DNA of 64,000 nucleotides from Antedon mediterranea (Eukaryota; Animalia; Echinodermata), in the NCBI RefSeq assembly GCF_964355755.1, contig NC_092679.1, positions 23,233,432 through 23,297,431 of the forward strand. Reading direction: 5' to 3'. Positions 63,330 to 64,000 of the stretch are shown here, in pieces; the first letter of the stretch is position 1, and each line of letters starts with the position of its first letter. The notes under the pieces were generated by a model. The model saw nothing but the letters and a program-made list of their open reading frames with translations. It had not been told where the DNA came from and did no database searches. A program made the translations under genes and the position numbers.

Positions 63330-64000
63330 CAAGAGTAAGATCATTAAATAGATTGTGTATAAAAGTTGATCGAAAATCGATTGATTGATAATATATAATG
63401 AATATTGAAGCCGCCAGAAACCCCTGTAAATTCAGCAACGTGTGTGTATTCAAAATTTAATCATAGTTCGTCAAATAGGTAGGCCTATAAAAATAATAAA
63501 TTCTTAACTCTATAATAATTTGTGTATTTTTATTGGACCATTTTTGGGGTATTTATTTCTAAGTTTTTAATGCACCAAGACAAGGAAGTTCTTCCTCCCT
63601 ATAGGCCTAATACTTCCAGCCAATGAAAGTGCAGACAACATTTACGCTACCACATCAACGATTACTGTGTTATATCGTTAAATCAAAGACAAGAATATGA
63701 GATATTCCAATGTTTATTTTTTGGTTGCCAACGATTTCGATTTTCAAATAACGTCATCATAATGTTACGCACACACTTCACGTGCAAAGTGGGTTACTTA
63801 TCTCTGCTTGAAATCATCGTATCATCATAAACAAGACACTAAGACAACCCATCCGAACAAGACCAAGTCCATAGGGACACCTAATTGCTGCTAAACTCAA
63901 TACCTAATCCATAGACAGTTTATTAAATAACCAATACTTTAGTATAGCCGTCCAACAACAAGCACACGCTGATTGGGTTCACATGTTATAGGTCTGCTCG

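Overview
AT-rich, intron-rich animal genomic DNA. The repeat content and abundant TAGGCCTA motifs suggest a marine invertebrate deuterostome such as an echinoderm (inference only). Three spliced genes could be rebuilt by hand with consistent splice phases. (1) ARV1: + strand, 6 exons, 4386-7991, 250 aa. (2) PLEKHD1: - strand, 11 shared exons from 39296 to 19119, followed by two mutually exclusive C-terminal exons (532 or 768 aa), plus a candidate 36-nt cassette exon. (3) A Delta/DLK-like gene: - strand, 6 coding exons, 61025-41815, 361 aa. It encodes a signal peptide and 8 EGF repeats, the first two of the short DOS type. No MNNL/DSL exons and no cytoplasmic tail were found, and its model needs a GC-AG intron. 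It is the most interesting object here, a candidate DSL-less Notch co-ligand or decoy. The rest is repeats: a 2.6-kb 39-bp satellite, several minisatellites, Harbinger-like MITE families (one nested), tRNA-derived SINE relics (one Deu/Nin-like), LINE fragments and a mosaic duplicated region at 0.7-4.3 kb. Most ORF-track entries, including the 798-aa ORF, are artefacts.
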